A stretch of 60,007 nucleotides of DNA, filler included, from Stramenopiles sp. TOSAG23-2 (lineage: Eukaryota): the NCBI GenBank assembly GCA_900128395.1. It is 4 parts of 4 records of this genome, joined end to end, with 100 filler letters (N's around TTAATTAATTAA, not from the genome) between each part and the next. Parts side by side here need not be neighbours in the genome. Positions count along the whole stretch, not along the records: positions 30,091 to 44,999 come from LT649739.1; positions 45,100 to 60,007 come from LT649740.1; 2 more parts are not named here. One strand, written 5' to 3'. Position numbers and translations under genes: made by a program. The notes under the pieces were generated by a model. That model did not search any database and was not told the DNA's origin. It saw only the letters and a list, made by a program, of their open reading frames with translations. This document shows, one piece after another, positions 34,424-45,550 of this stretch (positions within the stretch are counted from its first letter, which is position 1; every line of letters begins with the position of its first letter).

Positions 34424-35524
34424 ATGGAAATTGCAAATAATAACAACAACAAAATGAACAATGCTTTTGCATTGAAACAACTATTAGCTGATGCAAATAA
34501 ATATTTTACTGATACAAATCTTGACGTTCCTGGAATTCAATGGTTCGAACATTTGAATATACAAGTTGGATCAAAAGTAATTACTGAAACATTTTATAGA
34601 GATGTATTAGGTTTTACGTCTGATCCGTCTCCATCATTTCATTATAATTTAGGAGCACAACAATTTCATTTCATGTTAGGTAAAGATGACAACGATGCAC
34701 ATATTATTCAAGGAAGTATTGGTTTGTCTGTCCCTTCGTTAAAGCAAGTTTTAAAAGCATGCCATGAAGTTGGCAATAGCAAATTATCTTCCTCAACAAA
34801 ATTTCAAATACTCTCTGAAAATGATAGGATGGTAACATTAATTGGACCATATGGGAATACATTTCATATATATCAAGCTGGATATGATGAAAATAAAGAT
34901 CAAGTTGCTTTCAATAATAGCAAATCGATCACGTTCATGGAGAAAAAACATATGAAATGGGATAATGCAATGGATATACAAGGTAAACCAGGGATTAAAT
35001 TCCTGGAATTCCAATGTAAAAATTCAGAGGACGTAGCAAATTTTTATCAAACTTATTTTGGATGTAATATATACTTTGGTAATAGCAATGACGACGAGGT
35101 TAATAATAATAATAACCATGCAGTCGTTCAAGTCGGTCCAAATATTTATTTCATTTTTACCTCTAATGCAAATTTAACAACAGAAATGATGAAATTGCAA
35201 GAAGGTGTTCATGTTGCAGTCTACATTAGTCAATTTAAAAATAGCTATGATATGTTAAAGAAGGATAACATAATATGGACAAATCCACGATTTGTAAGAC
35301 TTGACAAATGTGATACGTGGGAAGATGCAAAAGCTGGTAGACAATATCGCTTTAAAGATTTTATTGATTCAAAAAAAAATAATAAAATATTTGAATTGGA
35401 ACATGAAACACGTTCAATACGACATTATCAATATTTAAAAGATGTTGCATATGTCCCATTTATGATGGGTACCAACGATTCTGCTGGTGAAGATATGATG
35501 AAGAAAACAGCATCTTTACTTTAA
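34424..35524 (+). CDS. VOC/glyoxalase-fold protein (two repeats)
   Basis: EHLNIQV...FYRDVLGF...QFHF, GPYGNTFHI; second repeat VANFYQTYFG...HVAVY. Confidence 0.65.
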   Translation: MEIANNNNNKMNNAFALKQLLADANKYFTDTNLDVPGIQWFEHLNIQVGSKVITETFYRDVLGFTSDPSPSFHYNLGAQQFHFMLGKDDNDAHIIQGSIGLSVPSLKQVLKACHEVGNSKLSSSTKFQILSENDRMVTLIGPYGNTFHIYQAGYDENKDQVAFNNSKSITFMEKKHMKWDNAMDIQGKPGIKFLEFQCKNSEDVANFYQTYFGCNIYFGNSNDDEVNNNNNHAVVQVGPNIYFIFTSNANLTTEMMKLQEGVHVAVYISQFKNSYDMLKKDNIIWTNPRFVRLDKCDTWEDAKAGRQYRFKDFIDSKKNNKIFELEHETRSIRHYQYLKDVAYVPFMMGTNDSAGEDMMKKTASLL

Positions 35525-35678
35525 AACTAAAAATTAAAAATCAAAATATATGATGTGACACACAAATTAGAGTGTGTAGTATATTTTAAATTTTATTTTT
35601 TTGAGAAAATATTAATGAAAAAATTATTTTTTATAATTAATTTTTTTTTTTAAACTCTCTCCAAAACAACAATTACTT

Positions 35679-36722
35679 TTACTGCCTTCTTCCTCCTTCC
35701 AAATATGGGATAAAATATGGAATAATCAAGTGATACATAACAATTGCACATGTAGCAACACTATCCAATCTATCAAAAAATCCACCATGTCCTGGTAATT
35801 TTGATCCTGAATCTTTCACACGTGCAGCACGTTTAATAGCAGATTCAATTGCATCCCCAAGAACACTTGCCAATCCCAATATAAATCCAATAAAAATCAA
35901 TGCAACCCAACAACTATTATCAATAGCAGAACCATCACGTGATGGTATAATAGATGAATCAACATCAAAAAAACTATCATATTGCATAAGTACTCCTAAA
36001 AATAACATAATACCTATGCCAGCAACAATAGCTCCAATAAATCCGGCCCATGTCTTATTTGGGCTGATAACAGGCATTAATTTTGGTGTATATTTACCAC
36101 ATAATGCACCGAAAATTAATGCCCCCGTATCTGCAGTCCATGCAACAATTAAAACAATTGCAATATATGCAGTACCAAATGTTGGGAAATAACGCAATAA
36201 TATAATATGGCCCAACATCCATATAATAAAAATACCATTTAAATCAATATATAGATCGTACATATCCAGGGTCGTTGGAGGTGCATTCCCTCTGTTCCAA
36301 CGAAAAACAAAATGCCATAATGTGACTATACTAGAAATAGTAAATAAACCAGCTAAATAAAATGGACTATTACCATGATGTGCAAAATAAGTTAATGCAA
36401 TTGATAAATATGTTAATAATAACCTGCTAGGTCCACGTTTACGTCTGATGGATATTGGTTCAACATGATATTTATATTTTTCTTTTTCATTGTAATAGTT
36501 TTCATTTTTCAATATATGTTTTTTATCTTCAGCTACATCATCGATATTTTGTAAACCTACACTGATCACGTGATAATATTCATATGCAGTAATACCACAT
36601 GCAACAGACATAAAATGACCAGCTGTAACATCATTACGTATTAAAAAAAAAGTAATACTTGATCCAATCAATGCAGTTGTTGTTCGTGTTATTATTTTTT
36701 GCAAGGAACACGAACTACTCAT
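35679..36722 (-). CDS. cdsA: Phosphatidate cytidylyltransferase (CdsA-type)
   Basis: WTADTGA, ISPNKTWAG, GDAIESAIKRAARVKDSGSKLPGHGGFFDRLDS; ATG 36722 preferred because the upstream extension lies in a duplicated non-coding block. Confidence 0.9.
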   Translation of the reverse strand: MSSSCSLQKIITRTTTALIGSSITFFLIRNDVTAGHFMSVACGITAYEYYHVISVGLQNIDDVAEDKKHILKNENYYNEKEKYKYHVEPISIRRKRGPSRLLLTYLSIALTYFAHHGNSPFYLAGLFTISSIVTLWHFVFRWNRGNAPPTTLDMYDLYIDLNGIFIIWMLGHIILLRYFPTFGTAYIAIVLIVAWTADTGALIFGALCGKYTPKLMPVISPNKTWAGFIGAIVAGIGIMLFLGVLMQYDSFFDVDSSIIPSRDGSAIDNSCWVALIFIGFILGLASVLGDAIESAIKRAARVKDSGSKLPGHGGFFDRLDSVATCAIVMYHLIIPYFIPYLEGGRRQ

Positions 36723-36763
36723 GATGAGATTTTTTTCTATTTCCCTCCAAAAGCGTAAATAAC

Positions 36764-36966
36764 AATAATTCAAGTGAATGAATAAATCACTCTCTCTTTG
36801 ATAAAAGGTTTTTTTCATATACAGAGTATAAGTTTGGTCACCACACGCATTATCATTCCATATAATAATTCAAGTGAATGAATAAATCACTCTCTCTTTG
36901 ATAAAAGGTTTTTTTCATGTATACAGAGTATAAGTTACCCCCGCAGTTTGGTTTATCATTCCATAT
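36764..36966. repeat. About 100-bp diverged tandem duplication upstream of cdsA
   Basis: aataattcaagtgaatgaataaatcac...gagtataagtt...ttatcattccatat at 36764 and 36864, with an indel and a divergent patch. Confidence 0.88.
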
Positions 36967-37550
36967 TTATCTCTAAATATTCAAATCTTTTTTGTATATA
37001 TTGGTGCATTGTACTATACATCCTCTGTCGTCTCAACCAGCATGTAGTTTTGATTGCTTTCAAGTATTGTACAGTATATTAAAAATCCATTACGAATGAA
37101 GAAAGCATTACTATTTTCAACCAGGACATCTGCAGGCTGAATCATATTTCCGATAGAAAAAACAAATAATAATTATTATTTTTAAAAGAAGAATATGGCG
37201 TAAATTTATAAAAAATACTTGTACCTGATTTTTATTTTTAAACATTTTAGTTTTTTTTATAAATGGACATTTTCATTGTTACATATAAGTATAATTATAT
37301 GTATACTAATACATTATATTTTATATTTCCAAATCCATCAAAAATATTATTAAAAGTTGTTTTATCATTCTGGAATTTTATAATAATATTTTGCGTCTCT
37401 CTTTTGGTGTAATTCCTTGCATCCAGTGTTCATGTACCGAATATTCCAAAAATCTTAAAATAAAAATCAAAATAAAAAAACGAGGAATCATCGCTTACGT
37501 ATTTGAAGTCGTCAGCTAAAAAAAAATGGAGGGGGGAAATATTAAGATCT

Positions 37551-37703
37551 TCAAAAGGGTCCATATTTGTTAAAATATATTAAGTATGTATTTTTGTATA
37601 CTAATATCACTGTTTGACCAAAAATCACATTGACAGAAATATTAGTATACAACAATACATACTTAATATATTTTTTTAAACAAAAATATGGCGACCCTTT
37701 TGA
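37551..37703. repeat. Foldback / MITE-like inverted repeat
   Basis: tcaaaagggtccatatttgttaaaatatattaagtatgtatttttgtatactaatat pairs with atattagtatacaacaatacatacttaatatat...aatatggcgacccttttga. Confidence 0.85.
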
Positions 37704-37944
37704 TTTTTTCTCCTATTCATTGGTGCGTATAGCACCGTAATAAGCTTAAACATTTTTTTATAAAATTAGATTTGTCATTTGTAAACAAAGAAGAGTGACA
37801 CAGATGTATTGATATACATATTATTGAACACAATATATAAATTGTTGTTGTTGTAATCATTCCTTGATTTGCATTGTATCAATCATTCGTTTCACACGGA
37901 ATATATATATATATATATATTACATGTTTGAAAAGAAAAAAACG

Positions 37945-38715
37945 ATGAAGTGTAGATTAATATTATGTATATTAATCGTCTTATCCATTCAGTTGGTATT
38001 ATCCCATGCAGTTAAAAAATCAACGCATAAAATGAAATCATATATGGAAAGAGTAGCAGGAAAAAAATGTGGTCCAAAATGTCAAGCACGTCGCAATAGA
38101 CGAGCACGTCGCAATCAAGCACGTCGCAAACAAGAAGATCTTGATAATCGTATTTTGCCAAACGTGAAAACCGATAACTGTGGTCTTAATAGAAATGCAT
38201 GTTTTCAAGTGAATAATGAAAAATGTGGCAAAATAGTATGGGATGAACCGTTTTACAAAGAGGAATGTGATAAGATCAGCGGTAGAAATACATATTATCA
38301 AAAAGATGCTTGTGAAGAGAGAGAGAAAGAGTCAAGAAAATACATCGATATTGACATGTTAAAAGTAAATAAAGAGGGAACACAAACGATCTATGACTAT
38401 GACTGCGATGAAAACAATTTTAGAGACACCCAGCTTTGCAAAGATATGATGAAATCAAGCTCAACATGCAAATGCAAGCCACAGACGTATGAGATATTTG
38501 GAGGGGACTCAATCACACGGCGTGGTGGATTTACCACGGAATATCAGTCTATCCTACGACTTCACATCAAATGCGAAAACAACAAAATGAGTTGGAGAGT
38601 TGAGGCAAAAAGGTGTCCTATAAGAAACCACGATGCCAATTGTGATGAAAATGATGATCATCGGCGAAGACGAAGACGAAGACGTTTGTTACAAAGTGGT
38701 GCTAAGGCGTGTTGA
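37945..38715 (+). CDS. Secreted Cys-rich protein with C-terminal poly-Arg-LL motif
   Basis: Signal-peptide-like MKCRLILCILIVLSIQLVLS; many Cys; ends RRRRRRRRLLQSGAKAC. Confidence 0.7.
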   Translation: MKCRLILCILIVLSIQLVLSHAVKKSTHKMKSYMERVAGKKCGPKCQARRNRRARRNQARRKQEDLDNRILPNVKTDNCGLNRNACFQVNNEKCGKIVWDEPFYKEECDKISGRNTYYQKDACEEREKESRKYIDIDMLKVNKEGTQTIYDYDCDENNFRDTQLCKDMMKSSSTCKCKPQTYEIFGGDSITRRGGFTTEYQSILRLHIKCENNKMSWRVEAKRCPIRNHDANCDENDDHRRRRRRRRLLQSGAKAC

Positions 38716-38836
38716 TAGTAATGTGCTTATTTATGAATACGATTGGGGGAAATATGATACTAAAAAGCTACTACGTATCATACCTCGTAAAAATAAGAAT
38801 ACTTCTCTCGTTTCTAGTTTTACCTTCTCGTTTATT

Positions 38837-41023
38837 TTAAAACTCACATTTCCCCCCATCATAATCACACTCTTTAGAATTACAATTTGGATCACAATAA
38901 TTATCCTTATTACCTTCCTTCGACCAACAATATTTACTACATATTTCTTCACAGTACGTACCATAATTTTCTGCATCATTTTCACACAGCAATTTGTTCC
39001 CTGAAAAATATACCTCAATCCCTGTATCTTTGATCCAATTTGTAACTTCTTTTGGAACTTCGGTTATATTGTTATCTCGAGCATCTAAATATTTCAAATA
39101 TTTAAAGTCTGTTAAATATGATGGTAATGTTTTTAATCCACATCTTGCTAAACCAAGAAGAGCAAGATTTGAAGATAAAGTCTCAATGTTTGTCCCACCA
39201 TTTTGCGAAATTCTATTACCGTCTAGCAATAAACCTATTGTACTTGGTAACTGATCTTTCCCCAAAATACTTGGTAACAAAACACTGTTATTTCTGATAT
39301 CAAAGTAAAAAACGTTGGGCAAATAGATATCTTTAGGATTCAATGGCATTCGGAGCCCCATATTTGAACTGGCTTCAATTTCTGTAACAGTGTCGTGTTT
39401 CCAAAAACTATCATGAACGTGCGTGATATTGTTGAAATGTATATAAATTCTATTCAAAAATATAAATTTCGACACATCAACATCAAAACGATTTAAACGA
39501 TTAAATTGGAAATCAATAAATGTCAACTCTTTTAATTTTTCCATATTATCAGGCAATGTCATCAATGGCCCGTTCCGTATAGCTAATTTCCGTAAATTTG
39601 TCATTTCAACAATTCTATCTGGCAACATTGTCAAATTATGGCTTTTAATATCAACCGCTGCACAGTCACAAGTTGATACAAACATATTATTACAAAATGG
39701 AGTTTTAATTTTACATCCATTGTGCCATATCGTTTCCGTATGGGTTTTCAGTAGATCATTACATAATCCATCAACTTGTGATAATGAAGTGCCTTGAATG
39801 ATCACAGTCGCAAGTAACATAATACAATATGTAAAACTACTACCACATACCGCAATCTTTGCCCAACGTGGAAAATATTTATTTTGTTGTCTTTCAATTG
39901 TTGTCGTTCTATCCATTCCATACATACTTTGGCGTCGTCTATTAATACGTCCGGAGTCTTTATTTTCTTCTTGAATAATCATTTGATCAATATTTGCACG
40001 AAATGCTTGAAACAACATGAATCTTAATTTTCCAAACAAGGAAAATCCAGGCATAGCTACAATTTGTAAAGTAACACTTGGAATTAATCTTACTCCATAC
40101 GAAAATATCATTGCCCATGGAAGTATTAAAAAAAACAAATCTACAAACATATCACTAAGAATTTGTATATCACGATCTATCACACGAATTGAATCTGTAC
40201 CCGATCCCCATAATCTTCGACCAAATGAAAAGGCACGTAAACCACTTTCTATTATTAAAATAAAACAAATAATAGAAGTAATTTCATATGGTAAATTACA
40301 TAAAAAAACACTTCTCAAATTGTAATATTGCCACCAATTCTCAAAGACTTCATATAACGACAGTTTCCATAGATAATACCGTCCATTTAAACCAATATTT
40401 TTTCGGTACATTAATCGAAAATTACTGACAAAATTGTGTTTTTTCTTCTTATACCGACTCCCATAATTTCGTTTTATCCATCCGATCATATATGGTTTCC
40501 AACGTATTATAAAAAACATAGCGAGTAAAATATAAAATATTGTAATTACAAGAAATGACCAAACCCATGGACGTGATAAAAGTGCAAATGGCCCATGCAT
40601 ATTATATGAATTTAATATCAGGACAAAGCCAAAAAATACAGTCACGCAAACGAGTAAAAAGAAGATAAAACAACCTCGGAAACGCCATGTATTACAACAA
40701 GTTAAATTTTCAGCAACTTGATCTCGAATAGTAATTATATTACGTACAGCACTTTCCCTTCTTCTTTCTTTTCTTTTTTTTGTTTTAGTAGTTTCTTCTT
40801 CTTCTTCTTCTGCCTCGGATTTAATTTCTTTTTCATCATTTCCCCCCTCTTTTATTCTCTTGCTGTTCTCTTTTACAAGCATGTCAATCGGTTGGATTGC
40901 GACATTACCATCATCATCATTATCAGTATCATTATCATCGATAACAATTTGCATATTCTTCTTGTTAATATCTTGATTAATATCTACTATTTCCACATCT
41001 GTGGCGGAAATCGAATCACTCAT
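38837..41023 (-). CDS. Multi-pass membrane protein with C-terminal LRRs and terminal LNR (Notch-like) module
   Basis: Several TM segments; LxxLxxLxLxxN repeats; DNYCDPNCNSKECDYDGGKC. Confidence 0.82.
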   Translation of the reverse strand: MSDSISATDVEIVDINQDINKKNMQIVIDDNDTDNDDDGNVAIQPIDMLVKENSKRIKEGGNDEKEIKSEAEEEEEETTKTKKRKERRRESAVRNIITIRDQVAENLTCCNTWRFRGCFIFFLLVCVTVFFGFVLILNSYNMHGPFALLSRPWVWSFLVITIFYILLAMFFIIRWKPYMIGWIKRNYGSRYKKKKHNFVSNFRLMYRKNIGLNGRYYLWKLSLYEVFENWWQYYNLRSVFLCNLPYEITSIICFILIIESGLRAFSFGRRLWGSGTDSIRVIDRDIQILSDMFVDLFFLILPWAMIFSYGVRLIPSVTLQIVAMPGFSLFGKLRFMLFQAFRANIDQMIIQEENKDSGRINRRRQSMYGMDRTTTIERQQNKYFPRWAKIAVCGSSFTYCIMLLATVIIQGTSLSQVDGLCNDLLKTHTETIWHNGCKIKTPFCNNMFVSTCDCAAVDIKSHNLTMLPDRIVEMTNLRKLAIRNGPLMTLPDNMEKLKELTFIDFQFNRLNRFDVDVSKFIFLNRIYIHFNNITHVHDSFWKHDTVTEIEASSNMGLRMPLNPKDIYLPNVFYFDIRNNSVLLPSILGKDQLPSTIGLLLDGNRISQNGGTNIETLSSNLALLGLARCGLKTLPSYLTDFKYLKYLDARDNNITEVPKEVTNWIKDTGIEVYFSGNKLLCENDAENYGTYCEEICSKYCWSKEGNKDNYCDPNCNSKECDYDGGKCEF

Positions 41024-41874
41024 CGTTTATTTTTAATACGTAACCACACTGCAAGTACTATTGTATATGTAGTTCGTATATACTACTATTAATAGGTCAT
41101 GAAGTGTTTTACTAGTTTAATCTCTATATTTTCTTAATACAATAACCTCTAATCTAGTCACCGATAGGTCTATAGGTCCTTAGAATTACTCTGGCAAAGC
41201 AACAATAATTTAAATTATACTCCAGTATTCTGGACACCAGAGATTTTCCTTGCCAAAAACAATACTATTACTATTACCCTGACAAGGCAAACTATAGTCC
41301 AGTAGTCGTCTTCCTGTCGTCTAAAAAAATATATAAATTGAATAGAAAGCCAGAAAGCTGGAAGAATAATATATAGTAATAATAAATAATAGAAAGAAGA
41401 AGAAGATTTAGATTGTTGCGAGTTGCGAAAGATAGTGCGATAAATAAGGACAACATAAAATTTTATACCTTAAAATGAAAATTAAATTCGTCGGAAAACC
41501 ACCTTTCAAATGACACATGATAATTATAAACTTCATCATCACAGGTTGCGAACTTAGTTCTTATAGCATCGAGATAGCATTGTTGAAATAATTTTAGCTA
41601 TGGTCATAAGTGATAGAGCGATTGAACTACTAAGAATACAAAAAGTACAAATCACATCGAATATTCACTATCATCGAAGTCCCTCTTTTTAGTCCAATTA
41701 CATCTAATATTTATTATATATATTCATCCAATCCATGTCATCATGTTCACTTCTATCCATATATATATACCAGAAGACAATTATTAAGAGAATAATATAG
41801 ATAGAAATACAAAGGAAATACAATATATATATATATATATATGTGAAATGAAATTATACAAATAAATTGAAATC

Positions 41875-44805
41875 ATGAGTAATAGACGTAGTGGTAGACT
41901 GGATACTAGTCAGAATTATGGAAATCAACAATATATAGCTAATAATAATAGACCAAATCCTAGTAGTTATGCTGCAAGACAAATACGGCCACCTGGGCAA
42001 ACAGAGAATACTACTGCTACTAATAATAATCCACCTTTGCCACGTTTACCAAAAGGTTGGCGAAGGTATGTTGATGAAACTTCTCGAGTAGAATATTATT
42101 GGAATGAAATTAATGCAGAATCAACTTGGACATTTCCTACAGTAACAGCTGCTGAATGGATTCGTTCTGGTCAAGGTAGTAGTATCGGAATTACAAGTAA
42201 TAGTCAACAACACCATAATAATAATAGCAGTTATCAGTATGATGATTCGACATCATCCTATAATTATACGACTCATTCTGCACGGCCAGCTGTCGAAGAA
42301 TATGATGGCCAACATAATAGTAATGCACGTGAATATGGCACAGATGATGAAAATCAAAGTGTTGGATGGAATTCAGATAGAGGATATTATGAAGATGAAC
42401 ATGAATTTTCTGACCCTTATAATAATCACCATAGTGAATATAATAATAATAATAATAATGCCGCACATAATACTTATCATGATGATTCAGCATATAATTA
42501 TAATAATAATGCCTCGTATCAACAGTATAACAATCGACACGAAGAATATCACAATACTAGTAATCATTACCATGCCCAGCATCATCAACAACAACAACAA
42601 CAACAATATGATAATCAGCAAGGTTATAATAATAATAATAATAATAATAAAACATCATCATCAAAATATGCTTTGCCACTTCGACCAACGACTGGTTCAT
42701 ATTATTCTAATAATAATGATACTGTGCGGACTTTAAATCGTTATGGACAACGTCGCAATTCAAATTCTAAATTTCGCCCAAGTCCACCACCAGGTAGAAA
42801 AGGCGCAAATCATGAAACATATTTCAATAATAATAACAATAGCAAAAACAATAATACCAATAATAAACCACTTCCATTACCACCTAAAATGAAATCAACT
42901 TCTTCTTCAGCAAGCGCCTATGTAATACCAGCATATAATCGTAGCAATATTAATAACCATAATACTGGTCAAAATCAACCACACTTACCACATTTAAATA
43001 ATAATCAATTAGATGAGCAACAACAGCATAGTAATCCAGAGCATTTTAAGTTTGATGGAATGGATCAGTATCAAAATCATGGACGTGCAAATAGATCATT
43101 GTCTTTGCTAGGGAAAGAATTATTTAAAGATAGCAGTAAAGTGGAGATTGGAGATTACATAAGTGTATTATATAACGAACGGTGGTGTCTAGCACAGGTC
43201 TTAGATTTTAAAGATTCAGATGTACCATGGGTTCAAGTTGAAATTCAAGGAAATACAAATGTCGCAGAGTGGATTGAATTTCGATCAGATAGGCTAAAAC
43301 CATTTGGTGCAGATGGTGCATTATCACCTGCGCGGAAACATTTGAAAGTTTTGAGCAAGCGATTTAGCTTGGCAGATTATGTAGAAGTTAGAGAAAAGCA
43401 AGTTCGTATTATTAGCAATGGAAAAAGTAATGAGAAGAAAAAGGATAAAAAGAAAGTAATATGGAAAATGGCGCAAATTATTGCATTGGATGTCGATGGA
43501 TCGGTAACGGTGCAATATGAAGGTGTGAATGGCGTGTTAGGGGATGAAAAAATAAGTAAAAATGAGCAAAAAGAACGTATGCGACCATTGGGTGAAAGCA
43601 AAACACCAAAAAATTCCAACAAGAAATCACTATTAAATTTATCGGAAGTGAAATTTAGACAAAAATTAAAAGAAAATGGATTGGTTTTAGAAAAGATGGC
43701 ACCAGATGGCAATTGTCTATTTCGTGCTGTTGCACATCAAGTCTACGGTGATGCGGATAAGCACGATGCATTGCGAAATGCTTGTTGTGATTACATGTTG
43801 AGCGATGGCCAAAAAGAGCATTTAGAAAATTTTGTGGATGGTGATTTTAATAAATATGTAGAAAAAATGCGAAAGCCAAAAACATGGGGTGGTAATTTAG
43901 AAATAGAAGCAATGCAAGAAATGTTTGATCGTGCGATTGAAATTCATTCGGCAGATGTTCTTAGTGAAGAAACAAATGAAACAACATTTAAGAAAGATTT
44001 CGAATCATCTAATACTCCGGAAACACCACGCAATAGCGTAACGGATGTCAATCAACCAATTTCATTAAAAATTAGTTACCATGGTAAATCCCATTACAAT
44101 TCATTAGTAGATCCAAAACATCCACCACCATTATTACCATTGGAATCATCACGTTTTCAAGAACGTAGAAAACGCCGAGCTATAGCTATTGCAAAGCAAG
44201 CAGAAGAAAAGAAAGAAGACGAGAAAAAAAAAGCTACAGATAATAATAAAAAAAGTAATGATAAGAATACAAACAAGGAAAAAATGATTGTGAATGAAGG
44301 AAATGATGATAATAATAATAATAAAATAGAGCAAAAAATGCAAAATTTGAATGTGAACACTAATAATAAGAAACAATACGAAGTAAAGAAAAAAAGTGGA
44401 TTGTTTGGTGGTTTTAGTATATTTAAAAAATCAACACCAAAAACTGATAATATCAATACTATGGAAAACAACAATGTTAAATTAAAACCAATTGCTCGGA
44501 GTAATAGTAATTCAGATGTCCCTTCGTTAGAAAAAAAATTGGCCAGTCCAGAAAGTCATGAGAAAAAAACAGGTGCCTTGCCATCAATGGAGAAAAAGAT
44601 GAAAGATTTACATAGTAGAAAATTAAAGCGAGTTAGCCTTTCAAGTCCAAGCATGAAAATGGCAAAATATGGTGTATTAGATAAAATGAATAGTATTAAA
44701 ATGGACAGTGTAGAAAAAAATAGTGTTGGTAATAGTGTTGGTAGTACATCGAAAGTACAAGATAGTGAAGGCCCAGATGATAAGAAAGGAAGTAGTGTTG
44801 TGTAG
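41875..44805 (+). CDS. OTU deubiquitinase (OTUD5-like catalytic domain) with WW domain
   Basis: WW: LPKGWRRYVDETSRVEYYWNEINAESTWTFP; OTU: PDGNCLFRAVAHQVYG, WGGNLEI, SYHGKSHYNS. Confidence 0.9.
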   Translation: MSNRRSGRLDTSQNYGNQQYIANNNRPNPSSYAARQIRPPGQTENTTATNNNPPLPRLPKGWRRYVDETSRVEYYWNEINAESTWTFPTVTAAEWIRSGQGSSIGITSNSQQHHNNNSSYQYDDSTSSYNYTTHSARPAVEEYDGQHNSNAREYGTDDENQSVGWNSDRGYYEDEHEFSDPYNNHHSEYNNNNNNAAHNTYHDDSAYNYNNNASYQQYNNRHEEYHNTSNHYHAQHHQQQQQQQYDNQQGYNNNNNNNKTSSSKYALPLRPTTGSYYSNNNDTVRTLNRYGQRRNSNSKFRPSPPPGRKGANHETYFNNNNNSKNNNTNNKPLPLPPKMKSTSSSASAYVIPAYNRSNINNHNTGQNQPHLPHLNNNQLDEQQQHSNPEHFKFDGMDQYQNHGRANRSLSLLGKELFKDSSKVEIGDYISVLYNERWCLAQVLDFKDSDVPWVQVEIQGNTNVAEWIEFRSDRLKPFGADGALSPARKHLKVLSKRFSLADYVEVREKQVRIISNGKSNEKKKDKKKVIWKMAQIIALDVDGSVTVQYEGVNGVLGDEKISKNEQKERMRPLGESKTPKNSNKKSLLNLSEVKFRQKLKENGLVLEKMAPDGNCLFRAVAHQVYGDADKHDALRNACCDYMLSDGQKEHLENFVDGDFNKYVEKMRKPKTWGGNLEIEAMQEMFDRAIEIHSADVLSEETNETTFKKDFESSNTPETPRNSVTDVNQPISLKISYHGKSHYNSLVDPKHPPPLLPLESSRFQERRKRRAIAIAKQAEEKKEDEKKKATDNNKKSNDKNTNKEKMIVNEGNDDNNNNKIEQKMQNLNVNTNNKKQYEVKKKSGLFGGFSIFKKSTPKTDNINTMENNNVKLKPIARSNSNSDVPSLEKKLASPESHEKKTGALPSMEKKMKDLHSRKLKRVSLSSPSMKMAKYGVLDKMNSIKMDSVEKNSVGNSVGSTSKVQDSEGPDDKKGSSVV

Positions 44806-44999
44806 ATAATAGTGCATGAACTTAGAAATAAAAAACTGTGTATGATACATCATATTCAAGAAACGAAAAAATTAAGTGCACGAATGATCTTTTTATAATA
44901 TTAATTATAATATACGAGAGAGTATACCGAGTATACATTTATTGTTTGATGCTGCTTGAGACAGAGTACCCAGAGTACTGTAAAAATGGAGTGCGTATT

Positions 45000-45099
45000 N
45001 NNNNNNNNNNNNNNNNNNNNNNNNNNNNNNNNNNNNNNNNNNNTTAATTAATTAANNNNNNNNNNNNNNNNNNNNNNNNNNNNNNNNNNNNNNNNNNNN
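45000..45099. other. Artificial scaffold linker
   Basis: N44-TTAATTAATTAA-N44. Confidence 0.97.
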
Positions 45100-45550
45100 G
45101 TATATATATATATATATATTAATTGCTGTACTATATATCCCAAATCGCCAAATTTTTACCATAAAATTAAAAAAAGTGAAAAGTGATAAAATTTTATAGA
45201 ATATATAGATCTATGATGGTAAGAAAAAAGCTATTAGTGCATTTATTATAATAAGTTTAAGTTGAATTCGAGTTAAGTATCAACCTATTTCTAGTCGATA
45301 CGTTGGAGAAAAAATTAGTGTCGACTTGTTTTCGTGTCAATCCTGTGTCTATTGTACCAGAGCCTATATAGAGCTTACAATACGCGTTAGCAAACTGTTT
45401 TCGCCACTATGAGCACAGCAGCCTCGACTTCGCCAACCTCCTAATATGAACACAGCATCTACCTCAGAAACGCGTCACAGATTTCAGGCAACATCCTTAA
45501 AAAAAGAGAGGCGTCCCTCTTGCGCATTGCATGAAAAGGACACACCACAG

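Noticed and set aside
41470-41690. Coding-like remnants in intergenic DNA (also 10170-10260, 33963-34170, 37015-37145)
   Set aside because: Short, often interrupted by stops, and no recognisable family; cannot be supported without a search.
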